From: an uncultured Gammaproteobacteria bacterium
Lineage (GTDB): Bacteria; Patescibacteriota; Patescibacteriia; UBA2591; UBA6264
Direction: 5' to 3'
DNA length: 42,458 bases
Assembly (NCBI GenBank): GCA_964580825.1
Contig: CAZOLB010000002.1
Coordinates: forward strand, 2,145 to 44,602
Shown here: piece after piece, positions 8,298 through 18,158 of the stretch
How positions within the stretch are numbered: position 1 is the first letter of the stretch
Layout: each line of letters starts with the position of its first letter
Notes under the pieces: model-generated
Told to the model about the DNA's origin: nothing
Seen by the model: the letters and a program-made list of their open reading frames with translations, nothing else
Databases searched by the model: none
Position numbers and translations under genes: made by a program

Positions 8298-10010
8298 TTA
8301 ATATTTTTGCAACTTTTTAAGATCGACAACCTTCATTTGCAGTTCTTGCTGACCGTTCCATTGGTTGACGCCTAATTGAAAAATCACGTCGATTTTGTCG
8401 CCCGGTTTCAAGCCTCCAACTTTTGAATTGGCGCTGAAATAAATCATTTTTTTCCCTTCGCCGACAATCAGCCGGCAATGTTGGCCGTTCTGGCCGACCG
8501 GCGACATTTCGTTTAAACGGATATTTTTAATCAAAAAATTCGGCAGAAAATTACTCCGACCAAAAGGTTCGAATTTTTTTAACTCTTCATATAAAGACCA
8601 ATTAACTTCTCTCATTTGGACTAAGGCATCCACCTTTATTTTTGGCGCCAGATCCCATTCTTTCATCGCTTCTTTTCCAGCTCTAGCGACTTCTTTTTTG
8701 AAATCAGGAAAATCAGCCTCTTTCAGGGTTAGTCCCAAAGCGCCGGCATGACCGCCAAAAGCGATAAAATATTTTGACAAACCGTCTAAAACGCGATATA
8801 AATCAAAACCCAAAATTGAACGCCCCGAACCGACGACTTCATCGTCTCGCCGAGTCAAGACAACAGCCGGCCGAAAATACTGCTCGACCAACTTGCTGGC
8901 AATTAATCCCAAAATTCCTTTTGGCCAATTCCCTAAAACCACTAAAATTTTTTCTTTTGGTTCTTCGCCTATTTCAGTTTTAATTTCCTGAAAAACGCTT
9001 TCAACCAGCCGCTGCCTTTCCGAATTAAAAGAATTTAAAACGCCAGCCAGTTTATCGGCTTCGGTTTTATCCTCGGTTAAAATCATTTTTAACGCCTCAT
9101 CGGCATGTTTAATTCTAGAAGCGGCGTTGATTCGCGGACCAAGCTGATAAGCCAAATGTTCGGCGCTTAGCGTTCCCAGCTCTAAACCGCTCTTTTCCAC
9201 TAAGGACCTAATGCCGAAATTCGCCGTCTTGTTTAAAACCAATAAACCATACTTAACTAAAGTCCGATTCTCTCCCAGCAAAGGCATGCAATCAGCCACT
9301 GTTCCCAGAGCGACCAAATCAAGCAACCACTTTTCCGCCGCCTCCTTATTTTCCAATCGGCATCTAGAATCGGACAACAGCGCCTGGATCATTTTAAAAG
9401 CCACGCCGACGCCGGCCAAATGCTTAAAAGGATATTTTTCTCCTCGCGAATTAGGATTAATAACGGCAACGGCTTTAGGAATTTTTTCCGTCGACCGATG
9501 ATGGTCGGTAATAATCACCTCTATCCCCGACTGTTTGGCCAGCTCAACTTCGTCAACGCTGGTTATTCCGCAATCGCAAGTGATAATCAGATCAATTTTC
9601 CGCTTGATAAAATCTTCAATCATTTTGCCGGTCAAACCGTAACTTCCGTTTAGCCTGTCCGGGATATAAGTAGTCGCGTCTTCCAGTCCCAATTTTTTGC
9701 AAATAATCCATAAAACCGCCGTCGAAGTGATACCATCAGCGTCATAATCGCCGCAAATAATCACTTTTTGTTTATTTTCCACCGCTTGAAAAATGCGGTC
9801 AACCGCTTTTTTCATATCCCGAAATAAAAACGGATCATGAAGGTCTTGAGAATAATCTGGCAAAAGAAATTCGTCTATTTGCTTTTGAGTGCGCAAACCT
9901 CGATTATAAAGCAATTGTAAAATCACCGGCTGAATCTCCGGAAACTTATTTTTAAAATCCTCCGGAGCCGGAGGCAAAATTTCCCAAATTTTATCTAAAC
10001 CGGAAGCCAT
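8298..10010 (-). CDS. recJ: Single-stranded-DNA exonuclease RecJ
   Basis: GDYDADG, TCDCG, TDHH, LAGVGVAFK, GTVAD, PRINAA, GSGRS, GGHAGA, EPFG. ATG at 10010 chosen as start. Confidence 0.95.
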   Translation of the reverse strand: MASGLDKIWEILPPAPEDFKNKFPEIQPVILQLLYNRGLRTQKQIDEFLLPDYSQDLHDPFLFRDMKKAVDRIFQAVENKQKVIICGDYDADGITSTAVLWIICKKLGLEDATTYIPDRLNGSYGLTGKMIEDFIKRKIDLIITCDCGITSVDEVELAKQSGIEVIITDHHRSTEKIPKAVAVINPNSRGEKYPFKHLAGVGVAFKMIQALLSDSRCRLENKEAAEKWLLDLVALGTVADCMPLLGENRTLVKYGLLVLNKTANFGIRSLVEKSGLELGTLSAEHLAYQLGPRINAASRIKHADEALKMILTEDKTEADKLAGVLNSFNSERQRLVESVFQEIKTEIGEEPKEKILVVLGNWPKGILGLIASKLVEQYFRPAVVLTRRDDEVVGSGRSILGFDLYRVLDGLSKYFIAFGGHAGALGLTLKEADFPDFKKEVARAGKEAMKEWDLAPKIKVDALVQMREVNWSLYEELKKFEPFGRSNFLPNFLIKNIRLNEMSPVGQNGQHCRLIVGEGKKMIYFSANSKVGGLKPGDKIDVIFQLGVNQWNGQQELQMKVVDLKKLQKY

Positions 10011-10015
10011 AAAAC

Positions 10016-10043
10016 TTGACAAAGAAAATAAAAAACTTATAAT
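10016..10043 (+). promoter_or_regulatory. Sigma70 promoter for the small ORF at 10072
   Basis: TTGACA-16 bp-TATAAT, followed by SD AAAGGAGA before the GTG. Confidence 0.75.
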
Positions 10044-10071
10044 TAAATTATTAAAATAAAAAAGGAGAAAA

Positions 10072-10332
10072 GTGATCAGTAACTTAAGATTAAAAGCAAT
10101 TCTTGAAATCTTGAAGGGATGTTACGCCGACCTCACTTATTGCGATGGAGGCGGCAGGGATACAAAAAATACCATCTCAATTGAAAAATGCCTGGTGATA
10201 GGGTATTTTTCAGAAGGCGGACGGGATTGGGGCCACTTTAAATTCCTAACCCCGACAGAGATGAAAAAGGAAATTATCCTAAAAATCTCCTTGGGAAAAA
10301 TCAGGAAATTGAGTTTTTTTACCAGTAATTAA
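10072..10332 (+). CDS. Hypothetical 86-aa protein
   Basis: Fills the recJ-serS gap, with its own consensus promoter, SD (AAGGAG) and downstream hairpin. Confidence 0.7.
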   Translation: MISNLRLKAILEILKGCYADLTYCDGGGRDTKNTISIEKCLVIGYFSEGGRDWGHFKFLTPTEMKKEIILKISLGKIRKLSFFTSN

Positions 10333-10346
10333 AACGAAAGGGTCTT

Positions 10347-10377
10347 AAAGGACGAGTTGTTAACACTCGTTCTTTTT
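10347..10377. terminator. Probable bidirectional terminator between ORF10072 and serS
   Basis: AAAGGACGAGT-TGTTAAC-ACTCGTTCTTTTT. Confidence 0.65.
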
Positions 10378-11644
10378 ATTTTCCGTTCTTCTGGATTTTT
10401 TTTATCCCGCTGATTTTTTGTAAAACCCTAGGTACCTTGACGCTCCCGTCCTTTTGTTGGCAATTTTCCAAAATGGCGATTAAAATCCGGCCAATGGCAA
10501 AAGCCGTGCCGTTTAAAGTGTGGACAAATTCCGGTTTTCCATCTTTATTGCGAAAACGGACGCCTAAACGCCGGGCTTGAAAATCAGTACAATTGGAAGT
10601 GGAATGAGTTTCCCGATACCGATTTTGCCCGGGCAGCCAACATTCAATATCGTATTTAGCCGCGGCCGGGTCGCCTAAATCCCCGGTGCACATCTCCACC
10701 ACTTGATAAGGAATCCTTAACGCCTGAACCATTTCCTCTTCCATTTGAAGAAGGAATTTGTGTTCATCCGCCGATTTTTCCGGCAAACAAAAACTGAACA
10801 TTTCCACCTTGTCAAATTGGTGCGCCCTTAAAATGCCTTTAACGTCTTGGCCGTGAGAGCCGGCTTCCCTTCTAAAACAAGTGGAGAAAGCGACGTAACG
10901 CCGAGGTAAATCTTTCATCTCAAAAATCTCGTCCAAATGCATGGGCCCGACTGACTGTTCGGCCGTGCCGACCAAATAAAAATCGTCTTTAGCCGTTTGA
11001 TAAACTTCTTCTCCGCCCCGCTCCAAATAACCCATCGCTCTCATCGCCTTTTCTTTAATCATCACCGGCGGCACCACGGGAATAAATCCTTTTCGGCTTA
11101 AAAAATCAAAAACGAACTGAACCAAAGCGTATTCCAATCGAGCGGCTTGGTTCTTTAAATAACTAAAACGGCTGCCGGAAACCTTTCCCGCCCGCTCAAC
11201 ATCGATTAAATCCAATTCTTGACCGATTTGCAAATGGTCTTTCGGCTTAAAATTGAATTTGGGAATCTCACCCCATTTTTTAATAACCGTATTTTCCGTT
11301 TCGTCCTTGCCTGCTTTAACGTTGGATAAAGCCGGATTGGGAATCGACAATATCAGCCGGTTAAATTCTTTTTCCGCTCCCGCCAATTCTTTTTCTCCTT
11401 TTTGAATTTCTGCCGCCAATTCTTTCGCCCGGGAAATAATTTCTTCTCTTTCTTGTCCGACCAAACAAGGCACTTTTTTTGACAACTTATTATGTTCCGA
11501 CTTCAAATTATCCGTTTTCTCGATTATTCTCCTTCTTTGCTCGTCTATTTTTAAAAGCGCCTCAATGTCAACCTTGGCGCCTTTGTCTTGGCAGGCCTTT
11601 TTGATTTTTTCCGGATTTTGGCGGATTAATTTTATGTCTAACAT
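10376..11644 (-). CDS. serS: Serine--tRNA ligase
   Basis: MLDIKLIR, GTAEQ, STCFRREAGSHG, HQFDKVEMF, RETHSTSNCTDFQARR, HTLNGT. Confidence 0.97.
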   Translation of the reverse strand: MLDIKLIRQNPEKIKKACQDKGAKVDIEALLKIDEQRRRIIEKTDNLKSEHNKLSKKVPCLVGQEREEIISRAKELAAEIQKGEKELAGAEKEFNRLILSIPNPALSNVKAGKDETENTVIKKWGEIPKFNFKPKDHLQIGQELDLIDVERAGKVSGSRFSYLKNQAARLEYALVQFVFDFLSRKGFIPVVPPVMIKEKAMRAMGYLERGGEEVYQTAKDDFYLVGTAEQSVGPMHLDEIFEMKDLPRRYVAFSTCFRREAGSHGQDVKGILRAHQFDKVEMFSFCLPEKSADEHKFLLQMEEEMVQALRIPYQVVEMCTGDLGDPAAAKYDIECWLPGQNRYRETHSTSNCTDFQARRLGVRFRNKDGKPEFVHTLNGTAFAIGRILIAILENCQQKDGSVKVPRVLQKISGIKKIQKNGK

Positions 11645-11675
11645 AAACTCTTCGCAAAATAAATGTTTTGAATTT

Positions 11676-13121
11676 TTAATTTTTTGGTTTCAGGGTCGGG
11701 AATAAAATCACCTCTTTGATATTACGCGTGTTGGTCAAAAGGCAAGTCAAGCGGTCGATGCCAATACCTTCCCCAGCGGTTGGCGGCATACCGTATTTAA
11801 GGGCATTGATAAAATCTTGGTCAAAAGGCTGGGTTTCCTGGTCTCCTTTATCCAATAATTTCTGCTGCTCTTTAAACCGTTCTTCTTGGTCAAAAGGATC
11901 GTTTAACTCGGAAAAAGCGTTGCAAATTTCCAAACCAGCCACCAATAATTGGAATCTTTCCGTGTAATTCGGCCTATCCGGCATCCGCTTGGCCAAAGGC
12001 GAAACTTCTAATGGATGGTTTATTAAAAAAGTCGGTTTAACGATATTGGGCCTGACTTTTTCTTTATAAATCTCATCGATTATTTTTCCTTTGTCCCAGG
12101 TTTTATCCACAGGAATTTTAAATTCTTCCGCTTTTTTAATCAGGGTTTTAAGATCCTTTTCTTTATCAAGGTCGATTCCGGCGCAATCTCGCACCGCTTC
12201 CCGATAATCAATTCTCGGATAAGGAGGGGTGAAGTCGATTTTTTTTTCTTGATACTCAACAACCGAACCGCCGGTTACTTTTTTAAGCAAAGCCTTGAAT
12301 AAATCTTCGGTTAATTTCATTAAATCCTGATAATCGGCGTAGGCCTGATAAAACTCGATTTGAGTAAACTCCGGATTATGCGCCCAATCAATACCTTCGT
12401 TGCGGAAACAGCGGGCGATTTCATAAACCCTTTCAAATCCGCCGACAATCAACCGCTTTAAATACAATTCCGGCGCAATCCTTAAATATAAATCAAGATC
12501 CAAAGCTTGATGATGGGTGACAAACGGTCGAGCCGCGGCGCCGCCGGCCAATGGCTGCAACACCGGCGTTTCCACTTCGATAAAATCCCGCTGATTGAAA
12601 AATTCTCTGATGGCCGAGATAATTTCGCTTCTTTTGACGAAAACTTTTTTTACTTCCTCGTTGGCCAAAATATCAAGATAACGCTGCCGAAAACGCGTTT
12701 CGACGTCGGACAAGCCATGCCATTTTTCCGGCAAAGGCAAAATCGCCTTGCTTAAGATTTCCCAAGACAAAACTTTTAAGGTTTTTTCTTTGATTTTCGT
12801 TTCAAATAATTCTCCTTCGACCTGTAAGAAGTCTCCGACATCAATTTGTTTGGCAAAAAAACGGTAGTTCTCCCGCCCCAAATCCCCTTCATTTAAAAAT
12901 ATCTGAAAACGGCCGCTATTGTCTTCCAAGTGGGCGAAACAAGCTCGGCCGTGCAATCTAATTGAAACCAAACGGCCGGCCAAAATCGCCTTTTCCCCTA
13001 AATCAAACTTCTCCGCCGCCTCCCGACAAGTAAAAGTCCTTTTTGACCGCGAGGGATAAGGATTTACCTTTTCTTTTTTTATCTCGTTTAATTTTTTAAT
13101 TCTATCCTTTTCTTCGCTCAT
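11676..13121 (-). CDS. lysS: Lysine--tRNA ligase (class II)
   Basis: [61 protein letters not shown]. Confidence 0.97.
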   Translation of the reverse strand: MSEEKDRIKKLNEIKKEKVNPYPSRSKRTFTCREAAEKFDLGEKAILAGRLVSIRLHGRACFAHLEDNSGRFQIFLNEGDLGRENYRFFAKQIDVGDFLQVEGELFETKIKEKTLKVLSWEILSKAILPLPEKWHGLSDVETRFRQRYLDILANEEVKKVFVKRSEIISAIREFFNQRDFIEVETPVLQPLAGGAAARPFVTHHQALDLDLYLRIAPELYLKRLIVGGFERVYEIARCFRNEGIDWAHNPEFTQIEFYQAYADYQDLMKLTEDLFKALLKKVTGGSVVEYQEKKIDFTPPYPRIDYREAVRDCAGIDLDKEKDLKTLIKKAEEFKIPVDKTWDKGKIIDEIYKEKVRPNIVKPTFLINHPLEVSPLAKRMPDRPNYTERFQLLVAGLEICNAFSELNDPFDQEERFKEQQKLLDKGDQETQPFDQDFINALKYGMPPTAGEGIGIDRLTCLLTNTRNIKEVILFPTLKPKN

Positions 13122-13129
13122 ACGGAGTT

Positions 13130-13157
13130 ATTCTAACATTTTAACATTTTAACACAA
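13130..13157 (-). promoter_or_regulatory. Candidate lysS promoter (near-leaderless)
   Basis: Minus strand reads TTGTGT-16 bp-(TGT)TAGAAT-8 nt-ATG. Confidence 0.5.
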
Positions 13158-13183
13158 GGATTCTTGCCGAGCAAGAATCCTTG
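13155..13183. terminator. Hairpin downstream of greA
   Basis: CAAGGATTCTTGC-CGA-GCAAGAATCCTTG, a perfect 13-bp stem. Confidence 0.6.
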
Positions 13184-13211
13184 ATAAAAATAATATATTA
13201 ACCGTAGTAAT

Positions 13212-13664
13212 TTATTCAATGTTCAAAATCTCAAAACTAACGCTGCCGCCCGGCGCGTTCATTTCCGCTTGCTCCCCGACTTTTTTATCAAACAGCGCTT
13301 GTCCCAACGGCGATTGGTAAGAAATGCGGTTATGGGCAGGATCGGCCTCTTCACTTCCGACAATATTATAAACCATCATTTTATCGCCAACCCTAATCTC
13401 AACCTTCGAGCCAATACTAACTTTATCCCGTTGACCGCCCTCGCCCACCAGCTCGGCACTTTTTAATAAATTCCTCAATTCTTCTATTTTCCCCTCAATT
13501 CTCTGCCTTTCATCCGTGGCGAAAAAAAAGTCTGAATTATCGCTGACATCTCCCTTTTCCACTGCCTCTTCTATTACCTTAACCACCTTCAACCGTTCTT
13601 CTTCGAGGCTTCCAAGCTCCTGCTCAATTTTATTTTTCCCTTCCGGGGTTAAAAATTCCGACAT
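13212..13664 (-). CDS. greA: Transcription elongation factor GreA
   Basis: LTPEGK, GDVSDNSDF (canonical GDLSENAEY), IVGSEEADP..RISYQSPLGQAL. Confidence 0.9.
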   Translation of the reverse strand: MSEFLTPEGKNKIEQELGSLEEERLKVVKVIEEAVEKGDVSDNSDFFFATDERQRIEGKIEELRNLLKSAELVGEGGQRDKVSIGSKVEIRVGDKMMVYNIVGSEEADPAHNRISYQSPLGQALFDKKVGEQAEMNAPGGSVSFEILNIE

Positions 13665-13776
13665 AAAACTCTATCTTATTACCCTAATTCTTTATTTCGT
13701 CTTTCGAAAATTAAAACTAAAAAAACCCGAAACATCTTATTTTTAGGGTATATTTGAATATTATTTAGACGTTTTA

Positions 13777-13804
13777 ATAATAGCACTTTCCCTGTTAAAA
13801 TCAA
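13777..13804 (-). promoter_or_regulatory. Candidate greA promoter
   Basis: Minus strand reads TTGATT-16 bp-TATTAT with extended TG. Confidence 0.5.
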
Positions 13805-13821
13805 GCCGCAACTGTGGAAAA

Positions 13822-14292
13822 CTAATCATCAAGCCCTGTTTGGCGTCTTAGCCGTTTTTTACCCGAATGCTCCTTTTTATCCCGCAATCTCTTCTCCACC
13901 GCTCCTTGTCCGGGGCGAGACGGAATTCTTTCTTTAACCGGAGTTAAGGCGAAATTCACTATTTCCCGCAATTTTTCAATAACCCGTTGTTTGTTTTGCT
14001 CCTGAGATCTTGTTTCCTGGGAATAAATAATAAGATTACCCTCTTTATCAAGGCGTTGGGAAAAAACAGAGATTATTTTCTGTTTTTGTTCTTCTGACAA
14101 AACTTCCGACCGTTCTATATTCCAAATCAACATTGTTTTAGTTTCTCTTTTGTTGACGTTCTGTCCTCCGGGACCGCTGGAACCGGAAGTAATTATCCTA
14201 AACTCTCTATCGGGAATAACTATATCCTGGTCCGGAAAGGACTCCCCTTCCCAATTGTCCTTAAAAATTTTTTCCGGCGTTAACATAGGCAT
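13822..14292 (-). CDS. arfB: Alternative ribosome-rescue peptidyl-tRNA hydrolase ArfB (YaeJ)
   Basis: SSGPGGQNVNK, RSQEQNK, basic C-tail KRLRDKKEHSGKKRLR. Confidence 0.9.
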   Translation of the reverse strand: MPMLTPEKIFKDNWEGESFPDQDIVIPDREFRIITSGSSGPGGQNVNKRETKTMLIWNIERSEVLSEEQKQKIISVFSQRLDKEGNLIIYSQETRSQEQNKQRVIEKLREIVNFALTPVKERIPSRPGQGAVEKRLRDKKEHSGKKRLRRQTGLDD

Positions 14293-15086
14293 TTTTTAAA
14301 TCTCCCGGACTCTTTATTCTGATATTGTCCATGGAAAATCACCTTAGTTTTGCTCGATTCTGGAAATTGGGACTCAATTTTTTCTCCTAACAATTTAGCT
14401 AAAATAGACAAATTTTCCGCCCAGCCCATATAACCGCGGCAATGACGGGAAATATAAAACAATACTCTTTGGCAACTCATTAGCGACCGATAAGAAAGAT
14501 TAGCGGAAATATTCATTTCCTTTTCCCTAATCGACCTGGCAAGTCGACTTTTTTCTTTTTCCCAAAAACGCTTTTCCACCAAAGCTTGATAAAGCTTCGC
14601 GTTAAAAAGGACAAGATACCAGTTAATTTCTTCGATTCTTCTCTCTCCAATATTTTCAATCGCTTCGTTTAACTCGTCATCTTGCTCGGAAAAAATCTTT
14701 GCCAGTAAATCGTTGACTTCCGCCACAAATTTCCTGCCCACCAACCAAAGCGAGGGAGCGCCAATTCCCAACTGCCGTCCGGCATTACCCGCTTCAATCA
14801 CGGCCACTCTTACCCTTTTGGGATCCAGTCCCCGTTTTTGAAGGTCTTTTTTAATCGTCTCCACCACCAAGGCAAAGGTTTTTTCCATATCGGCGAAAAC
14901 AATGGCGGGGTTATCCGGATCTTCTCCTCGGGCAATATGCTCAACGCGGCTGGCAAGAGTATTTTGAAAAAGTTCGCAGCGGTCACCATAATCGCATCTT
15001 TCGCACCAGCGGTCGCAAAAATTAAAAGGCGCGTTCTGAAAAAAATCCGCTTCCGCTTCATTTTGTTCTTTTATTTCAATTCCCAT
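14280..15086 (-). CDS. Hypothetical protein with N-terminal 4-Cys motif
   Basis: Long ORF with FNFCDRWCERCDYGDRC, otherwise helical; overlaps the arfB start. Confidence 0.75.
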   Translation of the reverse strand: MGIEIKEQNEAEADFFQNAPFNFCDRWCERCDYGDRCELFQNTLASRVEHIARGEDPDNPAIVFADMEKTFALVVETIKKDLQKRGLDPKRVRVAVIEAGNAGRQLGIGAPSLWLVGRKFVAEVNDLLAKIFSEQDDELNEAIENIGERRIEEINWYLVLFNAKLYQALVEKRFWEKEKSRLARSIREKEMNISANLSYRSLMSCQRVLFYISRHCRGYMGWAENLSILAKLLGEKIESQFPESSKTKVIFHGQYQNKESGRFKKCLC

Positions 15087-15138
15087 GATAACCAAATTAA
15101 AAATCCAATTTCAAATTAAATTCAAAAAATATCCCGAG

Positions 15139-16263
15139 TTAGCGCAAGAAAAAATAAACCACCTGAGTCACCATTCCCGCCGCGAGTAAAAAAACCAAAA
15201 GATAAATGACGGGATTCGCCCGCCTTTGAAACCTTTTTTTAAGAAAACTGCGATAAATCAAAACCACGATAATTCCTTCCAGTCCCAAAAAAATCGCGCC
15301 CGTCAGGCCAATAATATCGATAAAATTCCTTAACCCCAATAAAAATAAAATTAAGGGCAGAAAACAAGCGATTAACCAAGAAACACTCTGAGGCAATTTT
15401 AAATCGTACCAAAAAATTTTTTTAAGAGTCAATCCAAGGGTGATAAAAGAAGTAAAAGTGGCGATTAAACCGAAAATAAAACCAACATTCACCACTCCTC
15501 GGCCGACGGTTCCGCTAAAACCCGAAATAGCGTCTTTCGTCGTATTCAAACCACTGACCCCAAGTATGGTTAAAATAAAAAAAACATAACAAAGGGCGAC
15601 AATCACGATGCCCGAAGCTAAAACGGCCAACATTTTTTTTCGGTCGCGTTCGACCATTTCTTTTATTTCGGGAACAAGGGCAATGCCCCATAAAGAAAAT
15701 AAAACCACGCCATAAGGCAGGGCGATTGATCGGACGTCAAAGGTGAATAAATTGTCCAAATCAATAAACGAAAACGCCTCAAAAAAGAAAAAGACGAGAA
15801 GAAGGATCAAAACCGTCTGAATAACCAATTGGAAAGAAGCGATGGTCTCGGTGCCGCGGTAAATCAGAAAAGAGCCAAAAAGAAAAAAAATCAATGTATA
15901 AAGCAGAAGCGAACCGCCAAAAATCGGAGATAAAAATGAGTTTAAAAATTGGCCGCCCAAAATAAGATAAGCCAATAAAGCGCCAATTAATCCGGCAGAA
16001 GAAACAAATAAACTCACTTTTTTAGCTTTGACGCCTAAATATTCTTCGGCATAGCCGGGAATTCTGGCGACGCGATGAGTGTCGCAAGCCACCTCGCCTA
16101 AAAGATAATGAACGGCAATTGCTAAACCAGACACGAATAAAAAATACAAAACAACAACGAGAAAACCGCTTTTCAAAGCAATATAAGGCAAACCAAAAAT
16201 GCCCACCCCCAGCACTGTGCCGCTAAAAACGGCCAAAGCTTTGGCAAAATCAATTTTTTTCAT
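15139..16263 (-). CDS. Aromatic amino acid permease family (HAAAP/APC) transporter
   Basis: About 11 TMs; GTVLGVGIFGLPY, LPYGVVLFSLWG, TSFITLG. Confidence 0.8.
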   Translation of the reverse strand: MKKIDFAKALAVFSGTVLGVGIFGLPYIALKSGFLVVVLYFLFVSGLAIAVHYLLGEVACDTHRVARIPGYAEEYLGVKAKKVSLFVSSAGLIGALLAYLILGGQFLNSFLSPIFGGSLLLYTLIFFLFGSFLIYRGTETIASFQLVIQTVLILLLVFFFFEAFSFIDLDNLFTFDVRSIALPYGVVLFSLWGIALVPEIKEMVERDRKKMLAVLASGIVIVALCYVFFILTILGVSGLNTTKDAISGFSGTVGRGVVNVGFIFGLIATFTSFITLGLTLKKIFWYDLKLPQSVSWLIACFLPLILFLLGLRNFIDIIGLTGAIFLGLEGIIVVLIYRSFLKKRFQRRANPVIYLLVFLLAAGMVTQVVYFFLR

Positions 16264-16315
16264 TGCTTATTAAAAATAAAAATTCGTTTTCAACATCCGC
16301 CATTTATAAAACCCG

Positions 16316-16654
16316 TCAAACGGATATTTCTTTCAATTCCTCGATAATTTCCGCCGGAACAGGCAAACCTTTATTTTTTTTACTGACGCCCGGATAACGC
16401 CAGGTCGTAATTATCTTTATCTTTTTATCGGACGGATTCAACTGATACATCAGCCAGATTTCCGTCGGATGTCCCCTTGACCCAGACGGCTGCATTATAG
16501 CCACCGTCCCCGGGGCAATGCCCGGCTCCCGCCGGCGATAACGCCTGATTAAGCGCCGAAGACGGATTTCCGATAAACCGTATTGGCGCATTTTAGAAAG
16601 CGCATGCCTGGTCCAGATAATTTTGTCGTCATTTTTAGGCATTTTAAATCGCAT
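16316..16654 (-). CDS. Hypothetical protein, DUF4258/RelE-BrnT-like
   Basis: WTRHALSKM...GLS, C-terminal KIITTWR. Confidence 0.6.
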   Translation of the reverse strand: MRFKMPKNDDKIIWTRHALSKMRQYGLSEIRLRRLIRRYRRREPGIAPGTVAIMQPSGSRGHPTEIWLMYQLNPSDKKIKIITTWRYPGVSKKNKGLPVPAEIIEELKEISV

Positions 16655-16796
16655 ACCAATTTAATCAATTAAAAATTGAATAACGACTTAAATCTTTCAT
16701 TTTTTAAAAAAACGAAATAACAAATTTTCTATTTCGCCTGATTTTCCCGATATTTTTCTGAAATGGAAATTGAAAAAATCCCGAAACAAGCGACAA

Positions 16797-18059
16797 TTAC
16801 GGAAATAAGCTTTTGAGCCAATTTTTTGTTTTTGAGCCCAAATTGGAAACAAAATTTATACTTTTCTCCCCACTGCCCATTTCACGTTTTCCCCATAAAA
16901 CCAAACCGATGGCGGTCGAATAGCCGACATCAAAGGCCTTGTTTATTTCACTGACAAATCCTTGAGGAGTTCCAATGGAGGCGGGAATTTTAAAAACCTT
17001 TTTGGCGGTTTCAACCAATCCGTCTAATCTGGCGCCGGCACCGGTCAAAACCACTCCCGCCGGCAATTTGCCCCTTCGGTTAATCGCGCCCAATTCATCA
17101 TCTATTATTTTGAATATTTCTTCGCACCTGGCTTCAACAATTTTAGCCATTTCTTTTCTTAAAGCCACACCCTCTTCCACTTCGCTCAAATCTCTAAAAC
17201 TAATTTTTTCGCTTCTATTTACTTTATTCGGCAACGAAGTTCCAAAATTCAATTTAATCGCCTCCGCCAAATCTATCGGAATGCGCAAACCAATGGCGAT
17301 ATCGGAAGTAATATGTCTAGCGCCAATCGGCAAGACCTTCGCTGTTAAAACATTACCCTCTTCAAAAACTGCGATACTGGTCGTCGTATCCCCCAAATTG
17401 ACGACCAAAACTCCCAATTCCTTCTGTCTTTTATCCAGCACCGCCTCGCTAGTCGCCAAAGACGTAAAAACCAACTCGTCAATCCCGACCCCAACCCGAG
17501 AAAACGACTTGGTTAAACTTTTAATTTGATTGGAAAGTCCCAAAATAATCTGCGCCTCAACTTCAAGCCGGATTCCGGTCATGCCCACCGGGTCGATAAT
17601 TCCCGGCTGATTGTCCACGGAGTAGCTTCGCGGCAAAATGTGAAGAATCTCATAGTTGGCGGGGGTGGCTACGGTTTTAGCGGCTTCCAAAACCCGGCCC
17701 ACGTCTTCTTCTTTAATCTCTCCTTCCGGACGAGAAATCGCCACCACTCCCCGGCTCTCCTGCGAAATAACATGACTGCCCGAAATTCCGACATAAGCGT
17801 ATTCAAGTGGCAAACCAATGGCTTTTTCCACTTTCTCAACGCAAGCCGTGATACTTGAAATCGTATCTTCTATATTAATAATTATCCCCTTGCTGATTCC
17901 CTCCGAAGGGCCTTCGTCCAATCCAATAATATGCAAATCCTCTTCAGTCGGCCGTTTTGAAGAAGCAGAGGATTCTCCTTCGTAAACTTGTCCGACCGCG
18001 ACCTTAATCGACTGGGAACCAAGGTCGATGCCGGTAATTATTTGTTGACGACGAGACAT
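16797..18059 (-). CDS. ftsA: Cell division protein FtsA
   Basis: GIDLGS, DPVGMTGIRLEVE, HITSDIAIGLR, AEAIK, GVVLTGAGARL, YSTAIGL. Confidence 0.95.
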   Translation of the reverse strand: MSRRQQIITGIDLGSQSIKVAVGQVYEGESSASSKRPTEEDLHIIGLDEGPSEGISKGIIINIEDTISSITACVEKVEKAIGLPLEYAYVGISGSHVISQESRGVVAISRPEGEIKEEDVGRVLEAAKTVATPANYEILHILPRSYSVDNQPGIIDPVGMTGIRLEVEAQIILGLSNQIKSLTKSFSRVGVGIDELVFTSLATSEAVLDKRQKELGVLVVNLGDTTTSIAVFEEGNVLTAKVLPIGARHITSDIAIGLRIPIDLAEAIKLNFGTSLPNKVNRSEKISFRDLSEVEEGVALRKEMAKIVEARCEEIFKIIDDELGAINRRGKLPAGVVLTGAGARLDGLVETAKKVFKIPASIGTPQGFVSEINKAFDVGYSTAIGLVLWGKREMGSGEKSINFVSNLGSKTKNWLKSLFP

Positions 18060-18158
18060 AATTACAATTTTTAAACTTAATTTTCAAAACCCCATCAAAA
18101 ACCATTTAAAAATTGAAGTTGGTAATTTATTGAAATTAGATTGATAATTAGATTAATT

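Noticed and set aside
13131-13153. TAACATTT-type 8-mer repeated three times upstream of lysS, considered as an operator or array
   Set aside because: Too short and AT-rich; it coincides with the promoter spacer and -10 box.
16975-17858. Long plus-strand ORFs antisense to ftsA, and similar shadows in gatB, pnp, hisS, lysS, lepB and def
   Set aside because: Antisense shadows of well-supported genes, with no promoter, SD or family motifs.
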